DNA of 64,000 nucleotides, taken from the NCBI GenBank assembly GCA_036172245.1, contig JAYWIR010000028.1, positions 186,001-250,000 of the forward strand, in the 5' to 3' direction. Position numbers and translations under genes: made by a program. Positions 48,101-56,600 of this stretch are shown one piece after another. The first letter of the stretch is position 1, and the number at the start of each line of letters is the position of its first letter. The notes beneath the pieces were generated by a model, which searched no databases, was not told the DNA's origin, and saw only the letters and a program-made list of their open reading frames with translations. Origin of the DNA: Raillietiella orientalis. Taxonomy: Eukaryota.

Positions 48101-50211
48101 CATCCGGGCATCCCAGGAAAGCCGGCCCCCTTGATCTATCCTCTTCCTGGCCCCCCAGGACCGCCGGTAAGCTTGAGACCCTCCGTCGCTGCTTCCCTTC
48201 CCCAACCCAGTGCATTCCAGGGAGCTGCGGGCATTTCCGTCGTAGGAGAGAAGGGAGACGTTGGGCCCCAAGGACCCCCAGGTAGGCACTTTCGCTGGTC
48301 CCCTTCCCTGCCCTCTGCGTGTGCGTGCGAAAGGAGCAGCCGGTCGCTCACGTGCGCTCGCTCTCCCCAAGGGCCGAAAGGATCCGAAGGGCTGCCCGGA
48401 CTTCAGGGACTTCCGGGACAGCCTGGAATCCCTCCCGAGATCCTGGAGAACCTTCTCTTCCAGAAGGAGATGCTGAACACTGCGAGGAGTCTGGGAGACG
48501 CTATGCACGTAAGAACCCGCCCAGCAAGGGGCCCGCCCCACCCACCCACCGCTCTCCTTCCTCAGATGCTGGGACGCAGCCCGATCGGCTCCCTGGTATA
48601 CCTTCTCCAGGAGGGCGCGCTCCTCCTACGGGTGCCCCTGGGATGGCAGTACGTGATGGTAAGCTCAGGGCGGGTACACGCCAGGAAGGTGGTGGTCACT
48701 TTGAGCCTTCCCCTCCTCCCCAGCTCGGTTCCACCTTGTCCGCGACCGTGGGCTCCCGCCCTCAGGTAAGGCGAGAGCCCCCGCGGCTCGCCACCTCACC
48801 CTCTGTCACTCCAAGCAGTTGCACGCCGTCGAGGCGCTCCTGCCCCATTCCCACTCGGAGGACCCGGGAATCGCGGTGGAGGGGGTTGCTTCCCGCCGCC
48901 ACCCCTCCGTGAGTAGCGCGCGCGCGCACGCGCCGCCCGGGGCTTCCCGCTGGGAGGCACGATGGGAAGGTGGGCACGGAAAGCCACGCCCTGATGTCCC
49001 GCGTTGTCTCTCCCCTCCCAGCTGCGCTTCGTGACCCTGAACCGACCCCACTCCGGCGACATCGGCGGCACGAAGACGGCCGACGAAGAGTGCATCCGGC
49101 AGGCCTACGACGCCGGGATAGACGGGGAATTCCGGGCGTTCCTCGCCTCCTGGGACCACCCCTTGGAGTCCGTCGTCGGGTACAGGCAGCGCCACCTACC
49201 CGTGATCAACCTGAAGGTAGTAGCCATCTCACACCCCTCAACATGCCCGTCCGTCCCCACCTCACTTCATCTTACACCCCACCCCGCACCCACATGTAAT
49301 GTACGCCCCTTCTCCCTACCCGACACACCTCAGCATGTACGTATGTCCTCATCCCCATCTCACACACCCCAAAATGTCCGATCCCCACCTCGCCTCACAC
49401 TTGACATATCCGTCCCCATTCCATCCCACATACATCCCCTTCCTACCTGACACACTTTCCCTCACGTCCGTCCCCACCCCCATCTCACATACCTAGGCAT
49501 GTCCGTTCCCGCCTCACCCCACACACCCTAACAAATCCAATTCCCACCTCATCTCACACCTTCTGACGTATCCGCCCCCATTCCATCCCACGTACGCCCC
49601 CTTCCTACCTGACACACTTTCTCTCACGTCCGTCCCCACCCCCATCTCACATACCTAGGCATGTCCGTCCCCGCCTCACCCCACACACTCTAACATGCCC
49701 GTCCTTCCCACCCCCAAACCTGGTCGAGTGCCCTCCTTGCTGCTGCCGTGCACACAGCGAGTTCTCTCCATCGCCGGCAGGGAGAGCTGCTCTTCGACTC
49801 GTGGGCGAGCATCTTCGACGGCCGCGGAGGTCTGCTTCCAGAGGACGCCCAGATCTTTAGTTTCCAAGGGGAGGACGTGCTGCAGAGCAGCCGATGGTGG
49901 GTGACCCCCCTGCCCGAGGGCTCTCTGGCCTGATCGCTCTCTTTCTCCGTCCTTCCTCCGCTCGGCGCGGCAGGGACCAGAAGCTGCTGTGGCACGGCAG
50001 CGACACCTACGGGAAGGCGGTCCTCAAAGGCTTCTGCCAGGCCTGGCACTCGGGCAGCATCCAGGAGGCCGGGCTCGCCTCCCCACTCTTCCGCCAGAAG
50101 ATCCTGGACCAGGAGAAGTACGCCTGCAACAACCACTTCATCGTGGGGTGCATCGAGGTGGCTCCGAGAGGAGCTGGACGGCACTCCTGGGTGCCCGAGC
50201 GGTACCTCTGA
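15892..50211 (+). CDS. Mp: Multiplexin (collagen alpha-1 XV/XVIII-like), spliced gene, about 678 aa in my model
   Basis: Phase-consistent GT-AG exon chain: 15892-15923, 17340-17419, 24027-24574, 25198-25269, 32623-32679, 41779-41908, 48021-48166, 48221-48281, 48372-48508, 48566-48658, 48724-48765, 48819-48908, 49022-49216, 49781-49896, 49974-50211 (sum 2037 nt = 679 codons including stop). Domain order signal peptide - TSPN - Gly-X-Y - trimerisation - endostatin is diagnostic of collagen XV/XVIII. The first two exons and the two linker exons are less certain than the rest. Confidence 0.88.
17340..17419 (+). CDS. Mp: Putative signal-peptide exon of multiplexin (VIVLFGFSLCLCQMLSTESSTSYMVQG)
   Basis: Acceptor tctgtctatttcag, hydrophobic core, phase-1 donor CAAG|GTATCG matching the phase-1 start of the TSPN exon at 24027. 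Confidence 0.55.
18593..18628 (+). mobile_element. Second SINE-like B-box fragment related to the 32.4 kb element
   Basis: CCGGAACGTCCGAGGTTCGAATCTC resembles CCGGACGTCGTGGGTTCGAATCCC of the 32.4 kb element. Confidence 0.35.
20013..20018 (-). other. Polyadenylation signal AATAAA of the HMG-box gene
   Basis: tttatt on + strand, about 90 nt downstream of the stop in an AT-rich 3' UTR. Confidence 0.65.
20111..21871 (-). CDS. Small protein with two HMG boxes (HMGB/TFAM-like, divergent); 3 exons; 184 aa from ATG 21832 or 197 aa from ATG 21871
   Basis: Exons (minus) 21832(21871)-21725, 20609-20412, 20359-20111, all phase 0 with GT-AG introns (1115 and 52 nt). Box A: PRRPPSPMQMFANDLIRILSLMKANLK|CKDVCRLSRSEWALLSEEERIYYYKASETAKESY. 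Box B: PLKPKSAFAIYYEHLQK|VTEKRRRKLLYATARQNWSAMPMEEKLTYFEKAGRAKSKY. Both show the HMG PxxPxSxxxx(F/Y)...WxxLxxEE(K/R)xxY pattern. Confidence 0.85.
24027..24574 (+). CDS. Mp: Multiplexin thrombospondin N-terminal (TSPN/LamG-like) domain exon
   Basis: ttccag| acceptor and GAC|GTAAGT donor. The translation (GADGFPAMLF...GYLFSIVDPTETIIYLGIRI...WNRISVEVSSDKVTLLYNC...SSVIYIAQGG) has the motifs of collagen XV/XVIII TSPN domains. Confidence 0.9.
25198..25269 (+). CDS. Mp: Multiplexin exon ending the TSPN domain (VAIQELKVYDGVNIADIICLAEDS)
   Basis: tttttcag| acceptor, TCG|GTAAGG donor, phase 0-0. xIQELK...C is the typical TSPN C-terminal motif. Confidence 0.82.
27340..28130. repeat. AT-rich low-complexity island (degenerate TA/CATA/TATG-type repeats)
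   Basis: Abrupt drop in GC with many atatat/tacata/tatgca words; sharp return to GC-rich sequence near 28140. Confidence 0.7.
32382..32510 (-). mobile_element. tRNA-derived SINE-like head or tRNA pseudogene
   Basis: Minus strand has a perfect B-box/T-arm GTGGG-TTCGAAT-CCCGC (B-box 32446-32456), but I could not fold a canonical cloverleaf. A second degenerate B-box copy lies at 32382-32405. Confidence 0.5.
32623..32679 (+). CDS. Mp: Putative multiplexin linker exon (ELFASTEFYDWSEDAVTMK)
   Basis: ttccag| acceptor with upstream CTGAC/CTGAT branch-like motifs, AAG|GTAAGG donor, phase 0-0. No homology evidence. Confidence 0.5.
36027..36146 (+). repeat. Dispersed repeat B copy 1 (copy 2 at 37167-37281)
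   Basis: Shared ggggcacccccatctatccgcagg...aactgcggggg...ctcccgtttcg core. Confidence 0.8.
37167..37281 (+). repeat. Dispersed repeat B copy 2
   Basis: Direct-orientation match to 36027-36146. Confidence 0.8.
37706..37779 (+). repeat. Dispersed repeat A copy 1 (74 nt; copy 2 at 44421-44494)
   Basis: gccacgcaacagcg.ctgtgagag...cagatcggtccaaaccagccag..cgagcagcagctctc shared. Confidence 0.85.
39370..39843. promoter_or_regulatory. CpG-rich intronic promoter/enhancer-like motif cluster
   Basis: E-box CAGCTG 39465, CCAAT 39472 and 39515, ETS-type CCGGAAGT 39577 and 39794 (plus reverse ACTTCCGG near 39370), perfect MEF2 CTAAAAATAG 39822-39831, TGACTCA 39837-39843. Confidence 0.45.
40893..41480. 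repeat. Long alternating purine-pyrimidine tract (degenerate CA/TG/CG/TA microsatellite)
   Basis: About 590 nt of cacacgtgcatgtgtacacg-type alternation; explains the overlapping H/V/C/T/A/R/M-rich ORFs in all frames. Confidence 0.92.
41779..41908 (+). CDS. Mp: Putative multiplexin acidic/Pro-rich linker exon (YAEEGGVPWSTTPAEEQQEEEEEEEKGRREETAAPPPKPREIS)
   Basis: Very long polypyrimidine acceptor and GTGAGT donor. Phase 0-1 supplies the phase change needed to join 48021, giving ...PPPKPREISSASCKGEKG. Confidence 0.62.
44421..44494 (+). repeat. Dispersed repeat A copy 2
   Basis: Direct-orientation match to 37706-37779. Confidence 0.85.
48021..50211 (+). CDS. Mp: Multiplexin collagenous, NC1 trimerisation, hinge and endostatin exons (9 exons)
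   Basis: CKGEKGEMG...GPPGPP Gly-X-Y runs; trimerisation motif SPIGSLVYLLQEGALLLRVPLGWQYVMLG; endostatin motifs LRFVTLNRP, ADEECIRQA, FRAFL, PVINLKGELLFDSW, IFSFQGEDVL, WDQKLLWHGS, FCQAW, YACNNHFIVGCIE with all four cysteines. TGA at 50209-50211. Confidence 0.96.
49217..49720. repeat. C-rich intronic minisatellite: about 35-nt degenerate units with a 162-nt higher-order duplication
   Basis: Recurring gtccgtccccac...ctcacac units; 49408-49533 is nearly identical to 49570-49695 (cctaggcatgtccg at 49492 and 49654). Confidence 0.85.
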
Positions 50212-50281
50212 GGGAAGAGAGGAGGCGCGCTTCCGGTTTTCACTCGACCACCGGGGGACCCGAAAGCACACCCCCAACTAC

Positions 50282-50287
50282 AATAAA
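50282..50287 (+). other. Polyadenylation signal AATAAA of the multiplexin gene
   Basis: AATAAA about 70 nt after the stop codon in otherwise GC-rich sequence. Confidence 0.7.
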
Positions 50288-51589
50288 AGCTGCCCGCCGG
50301 TCTTCTCTTGGTGAAGCTGCAACTTCCGGAGGGGAATCTCCGGGAACAAGGGGAGGGAAGGGGAGAAAGGGAGGGAGAAGCTTCCGGGAACGGGATATTC
50401 CGTTGGAGGTGCGCATCTCCTTACAAAGGGAGGTCAGTCCCGCGAGGGAGGGAAGGAGGGCAAGGTACGAAGGAAGTGGAAGCTGTATAGCGGGGTCACT
50501 CCAGGATCGCGAAGCGACGGAGGGTGGAAGGTCAGTAACACTCAGAAGGAGGAGGGGAATCCCGGCTGGGAAGCCGCTGAGGAGCAGGAGCGCAAGAGTA
50601 TCCCTCCCCCTTTTCCCGGAGGTGGAGGTTTTTCCTCCGGAGCGGCGTCGCCCCTCCTTGCCCTCAGCCAGAGGCAGTTTGAGGGGCGCGCCTCCTTTGG
50701 AGCCGTCCTCCGGAACACAACGGACTCGAGCCAAGAGAGCACCGCAGCCGTGGCGGCGGCGTCCGCTGTTCCCCTCCTCAGGACCACTGCCGGAAAGGTC
50801 AGGTCTTCGGCACCCTCGGGCAAGCGAAAAGGGAGGGCGAGCAGGGAGGAAGAGATCGACGACCTTCCCGAAAGGGGAAGGGAAGGAAGAAGGAAGGGGA
50901 GAGAAGGGGTCGCTTGAGGATCGCCAAGGAGTGCTCCCGTGGACGCCACCTCTCTCTGGAAGTCGCTATGCCCAGGGGGCGGCGGTGACCTGGAAAGGAG
51001 GTAGCCGCTCTCTCGCCTGGGTGACGAGCCGAATTCCCCCCGCGGGCGCGGGAGAAGGAAGGGACGCCAGGCGGTTCCTCCATGCAGAAGAGACAGCTCC
51101 AGAAGGAGCTATCTCTGCCAGCGCTCCCCCCCCGCGCGTTGCTCGGCGCCGGAAGAGGCGCACGCGCGCAAGGGCGAGCCCTCAGTGCGCCCCATTTGTC
51201 ACGCAGCCGACGCTCCCGGAGGAAGGCCCTCGGAGCGCGGTCCGCTTCGGAGGGAAGGCCGCCTCACCGATGAGACCGAGTGGGAGGCGAATAGCCACAG
51301 GCGTCCTCACCCCCGGAGGGAGCTCGGTACAAGAGGCAGAATGGGAATCGCTAGCCGTCTCCGGGAACGGGAAAGACGGCGTCGCTGCCCTCCAGAGTGA
51401 GCCTTACGGCGAGCTTCCTGGCTGGCGCTGAAAACTGGAATCTGAGGACCGGGACTTCCGGACAGGGACCTCGTCCAGCGGCTCGAGAACAGTGGTGGTT
51501 CAGGCAGCAGTCTCTGTCTGCCTACTCCCGTTCCTGCCCATCCCTTACCGTCCCGTCCAACCCGAGGGAGCAGTCGTGGCTGCTGATAC

Positions 51590-51900
51590 CGATGAGCGGC
51601 TCTCCGTGGCCCCATCCCAGGCTCGTTCTTCCAGATTGTCGATCCCGAAGACCGGAGCTTCCAGGAGTCACTGATCCTTCGGATAGGTCGACAGTCGACC
51701 AGCCGATCCCGTGCGCCGAACTCGTCGCTCGACCTCGGAGAAGGAGAGAGCGGGTGGGGCTTTCCCCAGGGAAGCAGGGAAGGAGGAACAGCGTCCTCTT
51801 GGGGAACATTGCCTCGGGAGCCGTCACCGGGCCCCCCAGAGGAATTGCGCTGAGTACGACCTTGCCGCAAATGTCACGGAGGCACCCGGACAACGGCGGT
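51590..51900 (+). mobile_element. Possible highly decayed Ty3/gypsy RNase H fragment between the two large genes
   Basis: PRLVLPDCRSRRPELPGVTDPSD resembles PVLALPD...TDASD. In another frame EQRPL...PQRNCAEYDLAANV resembles RPIAF.S...QRNY..YD.ELLAIV. Frameshifted, by-eye similarity only. Confidence 0.28.
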
Positions 51901-53410
51901 CCTTCTCAAGGGTAGCGCCCTGCCCGAGGGCGCTGCCCCTGAAAAGTCCTCGCGATGACGCAGGTAGCAGAACGCTCAGAATTTGCAGGGGACTTGCACG
52001 GCAGCCAGGCGTACCCGGGCCAGAGTCGGGTCACGGTGGGTCAGGCGAGTGAAGACTCTCTAGAAACGGGAAGCTCGCAGGACCTTCTCCGAGGCGTTCC
52101 CCCGGGAGACTGCCACTCCTGGGGACCTCCTTCGACGGAGGATGATGAGCCCATGATGAGCCTGCTCGTCCCTGTCCTCTCCCGGACCAGAAAATCCCCC
52201 CGGAGGATAGAGGGAAGAAGCGGGAGAAGGAAGAGAGGAGGAGGTCACCTGGGGGAGCTCTCATCCCTCGTAGGAGGGAAAGAGTTGGAATGAGGCTGAG
52301 GGTGTCCGTTTCGTTTTCAGGTGGGAACCTCGGGCCGCTTGCTTTCATCAGTTGGTCAGTGGGTAGGGTCAGGCGGATGCCGAGGGGCGACCCGTGCCAT
52401 CTAGTCCGACGCGTCGCCGTGCGTTTCCCCTCGACGTGGCCTCCCCGCCTTCCCTCTGAGGGAGGGTCGCGCGGAGAGGGAGAGAGAGCATCCAGGAGAC
52501 GCGGTGCGAGGCACCGGATCACTCCAACGGACGCTTCCCAGAGCGTCTGCGAGGGGCAGCACTGATCAGCCTTTCGATACTCTCGGTGTGGTCCATCTGC
52601 TCTATAGCCGCCGTGCTAGCTTGGTGCGCTAACGTCAGCAGCACGGCCGTCGAACCTTCCTGGCGGCTTCTCTCCCCTCCCTGCTTTCTCTCCTCCTTCG
52701 CTCCCGGATCCCGTCCCGCAAGATACCCTCACATTCCCGTACGGACCGAGGTCGATCACGGGGAGGCTTACGCCCACGCCGTAAGAGGAGCCGATCCCTC
52801 CGTTCCATCGTGAACCCCCTCCGCGCATCTGCCCTTTCTGGGATGCTCCCGTCCTGGAGGAACGGACGCTTCGGCAGATCCGATGGGGTAAGGGGTGGGA
52901 GGGAGCGGCTGCTTCCGGGCCTCTCTTGCTTTCTTCGATTCTTCTGCCTTCTGTTCCTTCCTTCCTTCTTTCTTCCGGGGATCCTTCTCCCGCAGGTCCA
53001 CGGGTCTGCATCCAGGATATGCTGCCAAGAAATCCTAGGATCTCCAGGACATGGACAGGCGGTCCACGGAGATCGCCAGGAATGAGGTCCCTTGTCAGTA
53101 TCAGGCCGCGGTGGAGCGTCCGGCGAATATCTCTCTGTCCTTGAATTCCTGTACAGCCCCCTCCGTCGCAGGCTACGGAAGGGATCTTTATCTCGCCTCC
53201 AGGGGCCGCCTTCTTTCCTCGGGGGGTTTATACGGTAAAGGAAGGGCGCGATAGCCCCCTCTCCGGCCACGCTGCCCTTCATCCTCCCCTCATTCGCTCC
53301 CTTCCTCCGGGTGGCTCCAGCACCGAGCGGAGCAGGCAGGGAGGGGAATCCCGTTTTTTTTTTTTTTTCCTGCCCCGAGCGGGCGCTCTTTTCTCCCTCC
53401 CTCCGCGAAG

Positions 53411-53445
53411 TGACTCAGTACCGAGAGGGGAATTTCTATAAATGG
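53411..53445 (+). promoter_or_regulatory. Candidate paramyosin core promoter: TGACTCA (AP-1-type) and TATAAAT within a one-mismatch CArG-like CTATAAATGG
   Basis: TGACTCA at 53411-53417 and TATAAAT at 53437-53443, about 200 nt upstream of the ATG in GC-rich context. Confidence 0.5.
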
Positions 53446-53638
53446 TACGGGGATGCGCAGCAGGAAATTCGAGCCCTCCCCTCCCGCCATCTTGCGCGAG
53501 CGCCGCAATTAAAAAGCGGCCTGGCCCGTGGGTCCCGCCGACGCGAGCAGTCGCGCTCTCCGAGCCGAGTTTCCCGGGCAAGTTGCGTGGCGGTGCTGCT
53601 AATTCGCGCGCGTGCGAGGCGAGCGACTCGAAAGAGAG

Positions 53639-56600
53639 ATGTCGGCGTCTACCGTGAGGAAGACGTCCAAATACCTCTACCGCTCCGGCGTCGGACCGGA
53701 CCTCGGCAACCTCGACGCCAACTTCGTGGACTCGGCGGTCGTCGCCAGGATGGAGGTACGAGCGAGTGCGAGCCTCCCTTTCCTCCCGACTCTCCTCCTC
53801 TCTGACCCCTGCCTCTAGCCCGCGCGCGCTCCCTCCCCTCTGAGCGGTGCGCCTTTTGCTGACCGGGGAGGAGGAGAAAAGAAAGAGGAACTCAGCACAC
53901 GGCTGGGGGACAGCTGCGGATCCTCTCCGGAAGAGGACTCTCTGCTCGATAGGGAGCAGGCTCCCTGGGGAGCGCGGAAAGAGGTTCTTCAGCAACCGCC
54001 GATGCAGCAGCTACAAGTAGGCGGCGGTGGGAAAAGGGTTCGGACTGGGCGCGTGCTTGCTGCCTCTCGGCCTTCCCTCTGTTTTCCTTGCGTGTGAGGA
54101 GAAGCGAAGCAGGGGGAGTGGGGGGAGGGAGTCTCGATCCTCGTTTTCTCCTGCCGTGCTGCGGGGAAGATCAGAGGCACGACGAACAGCCACACTCTCA
54201 CCGGCCTGCCAGAGCGCGCCGTCACGTAGCAACGCGCGCGAGTCCCATCGGAGCTCCGGCGAGGCTGAGCAGGGCAGTCTCTTCAAAAAGTCAAAATCGG
54301 AGCGATTCCAAAAATAGAAAGCGCGAGCTTCGCTGGTGACCGCCGAGGCAACCGCATTCCTCGGGGAGAGAAGAGAGAGGAGGGGGGGAAGTGGGTGGGG
54401 AGCCACGCCTCACTTTCCCCTATGAGAGTCCAGAGAAGGGCCCGGGCAGGAAGCAATCTTCCCGGATCTGCACAGATCACGGAATCCGAGTTGGCTGAAG
54501 GAAGACGCTGGGGAGAAAGTGCTCCCCTCCTCCCATTTCCTCCTCCCTGAGAGGTGTCTCTGTCGATCGAACTCGGGAGGTTCCGGCGGTCCTCTCTGGA
54601 GGTGAGCTTCGACCTTTGCTTCAAGTGACCTGCTGGCCACGTTCGCGGATAGCTGGCTTCCCACAACCCGCCGCAAGAGCACTCTCGGAACGGAAATGGA
54701 AACCAATGGGTCCATTTCCCCTTGGTCAGCGGTCCAGCGAGATGGGAGCCGCTCGTAGGGGAAACGGTTCTTATCCTCTTCTGTCCCCTCCCCTTTCCCC
54801 AGCCTTTGAAAACGGGGATGACCGGCTAAAGGCGCGATGCCTCCTTCGCTTGAAACAGCAGCGGAACGTTCCCCATGTCGAGTGCATCCTCGGGAACACT
54901 TAGGGGGAACTTTGGCGGGAGTCGATGCCAAGGCAACCGTCGTCAGGGACTGGCACACTCAGAGAGTCTCGGAAGCGGCGGTCTATTTTTACGCCCGCGC
55001 TCCCCCCCGCCCCAGCGCGAGTCAATCCGTTCCCACGATTCAGGAGCCGGAAACTTGGACCTTGGACTTTCCGATCGAGCATGCCGAAGAGTGGACTCAG
55101 GGGGTCGGGCACATGGGATGTAAGTGGCACCCGAGCCGCCAGCGGGAATGACTTTCATCTCTTCGGAGAGCCACAGGACCACGTAGAGAGAAGTCACAGC
55201 GGAGCGAACGAGGGCTCATCTTCTCTTCCCTTTCTCGGGTGGCGCGACCAGCAACTGCTCTGGCTTGACGCGTGACACTCGTGCGAAAGAAAACACGCGG
55301 AAGTGTTTCGGTGTATTCACTGAATGGAACACACGAGGGTAGTTGGCATTCTCGTGTACTCTCGCCGCATGATTCAGGGACAAGTGTCCCCAAACAAACA
55401 CGTAAGTCGAGGTGATAACCACAGCGCCATCAAGCGCTACGGTAACTGCTGGAGATTGGATTTTTTTGCTCAGGACGCAGTGCGTAACTAAGGCAATCAA
55501 GAGATAAATGCAGCCTTTTTTTTCTTTCTTTTTCTTTTTTTTTTTAAAAAAAAACAAACTGACAAACATCGGAATGAGAAAAACGAGCAATTGTTGGCAA
55601 ACGTCCCGTGGCTGGTTCATCTCGGGAACGGGAGGCCCCAAATGAAACCATGACTACCTCAGTTTTTGCAGCTGGAACGTTCGTTGGCGAGAGCGCACGC
55701 TTTGTCGACGCGCGGTGCCCCTTTCCAGCCTCGTGATGCCGGCGTGAATAAATGGAGGGAATCAGAACAAGAGAGGGAGGGGATCCACCCCGTCGCTACT
55801 TTCTGCTGAGCCACCCGCGCGGAGCCAACGGCGCTCCCCGGCCAAGCATCCGCCACACTCGCGGGATCCGATTTTTCCGTTCATGCTGCAACCGCTCCCC
55901 CCTCCCCTTTACATCTCCTTCCCCATCGTAGCGTCGCACAACAATGCGCATCCGCTTCATCCGTCAAGCTGCGACGACAATGCGGGAAGCTAAAAATAGA
56001 AGCGATCCGCCAGTGTTGCCTGGTAACGAGACGACGACGAATCGCTCAGGGCAACGGGCACTTCGATTGTCGGAGACTGCGAGCTCCCGTGCGAGCGGGA
56101 AGTCAGGCATCCTTCCTTTTGCCGCTGGAGGAGAGAAACGGGAAAAAAATCCCGGAAGTCTCCCGAAGCCCCCTTTCGAGATGCGCTATTTGCGTGACAA
56201 GGTGACGACCCCGTATCGGGAGGAGGCTGGAAAGGTATGGATCCCCTCATTTGATTCCTCAGTCAAACTGCGTACGGCTTTCCGCCATCCAGGCCCCCTA
56301 GGGAAAAATTTTTTTGTTCCCCCGCATCCGTGGATTCTTACGGAAGCTGCTGTGTCCTAGGGACCCCGAGACGCGCGCGTTTTTTCAAAGGCGGCATCCT
56401 TCTGCAGATGGTTCGGATCCCGCGCCGGACTCTTCTTCGAGGTCAGCGTTGGCGCCCTCATCTTCCGACACAGAGTCCTGAGGTCGCTCTCAAAGTGTCC
56501 CAAAGTGTCGAGCGCTCCCTGACAGAGTATTGCATTCGCTTTCTGCAGAGGGTCCCGCGAGAGGGATGGGCACCGCCCCTCGCTGCTGCCTATTTTGGGA

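Noticed and set aside
49989..51431. 480-aa ORF overlapping the last multiplexin exon
   Set aside because: Off-frame, GC-driven, runs through the polyA signal, no recognisable domain.
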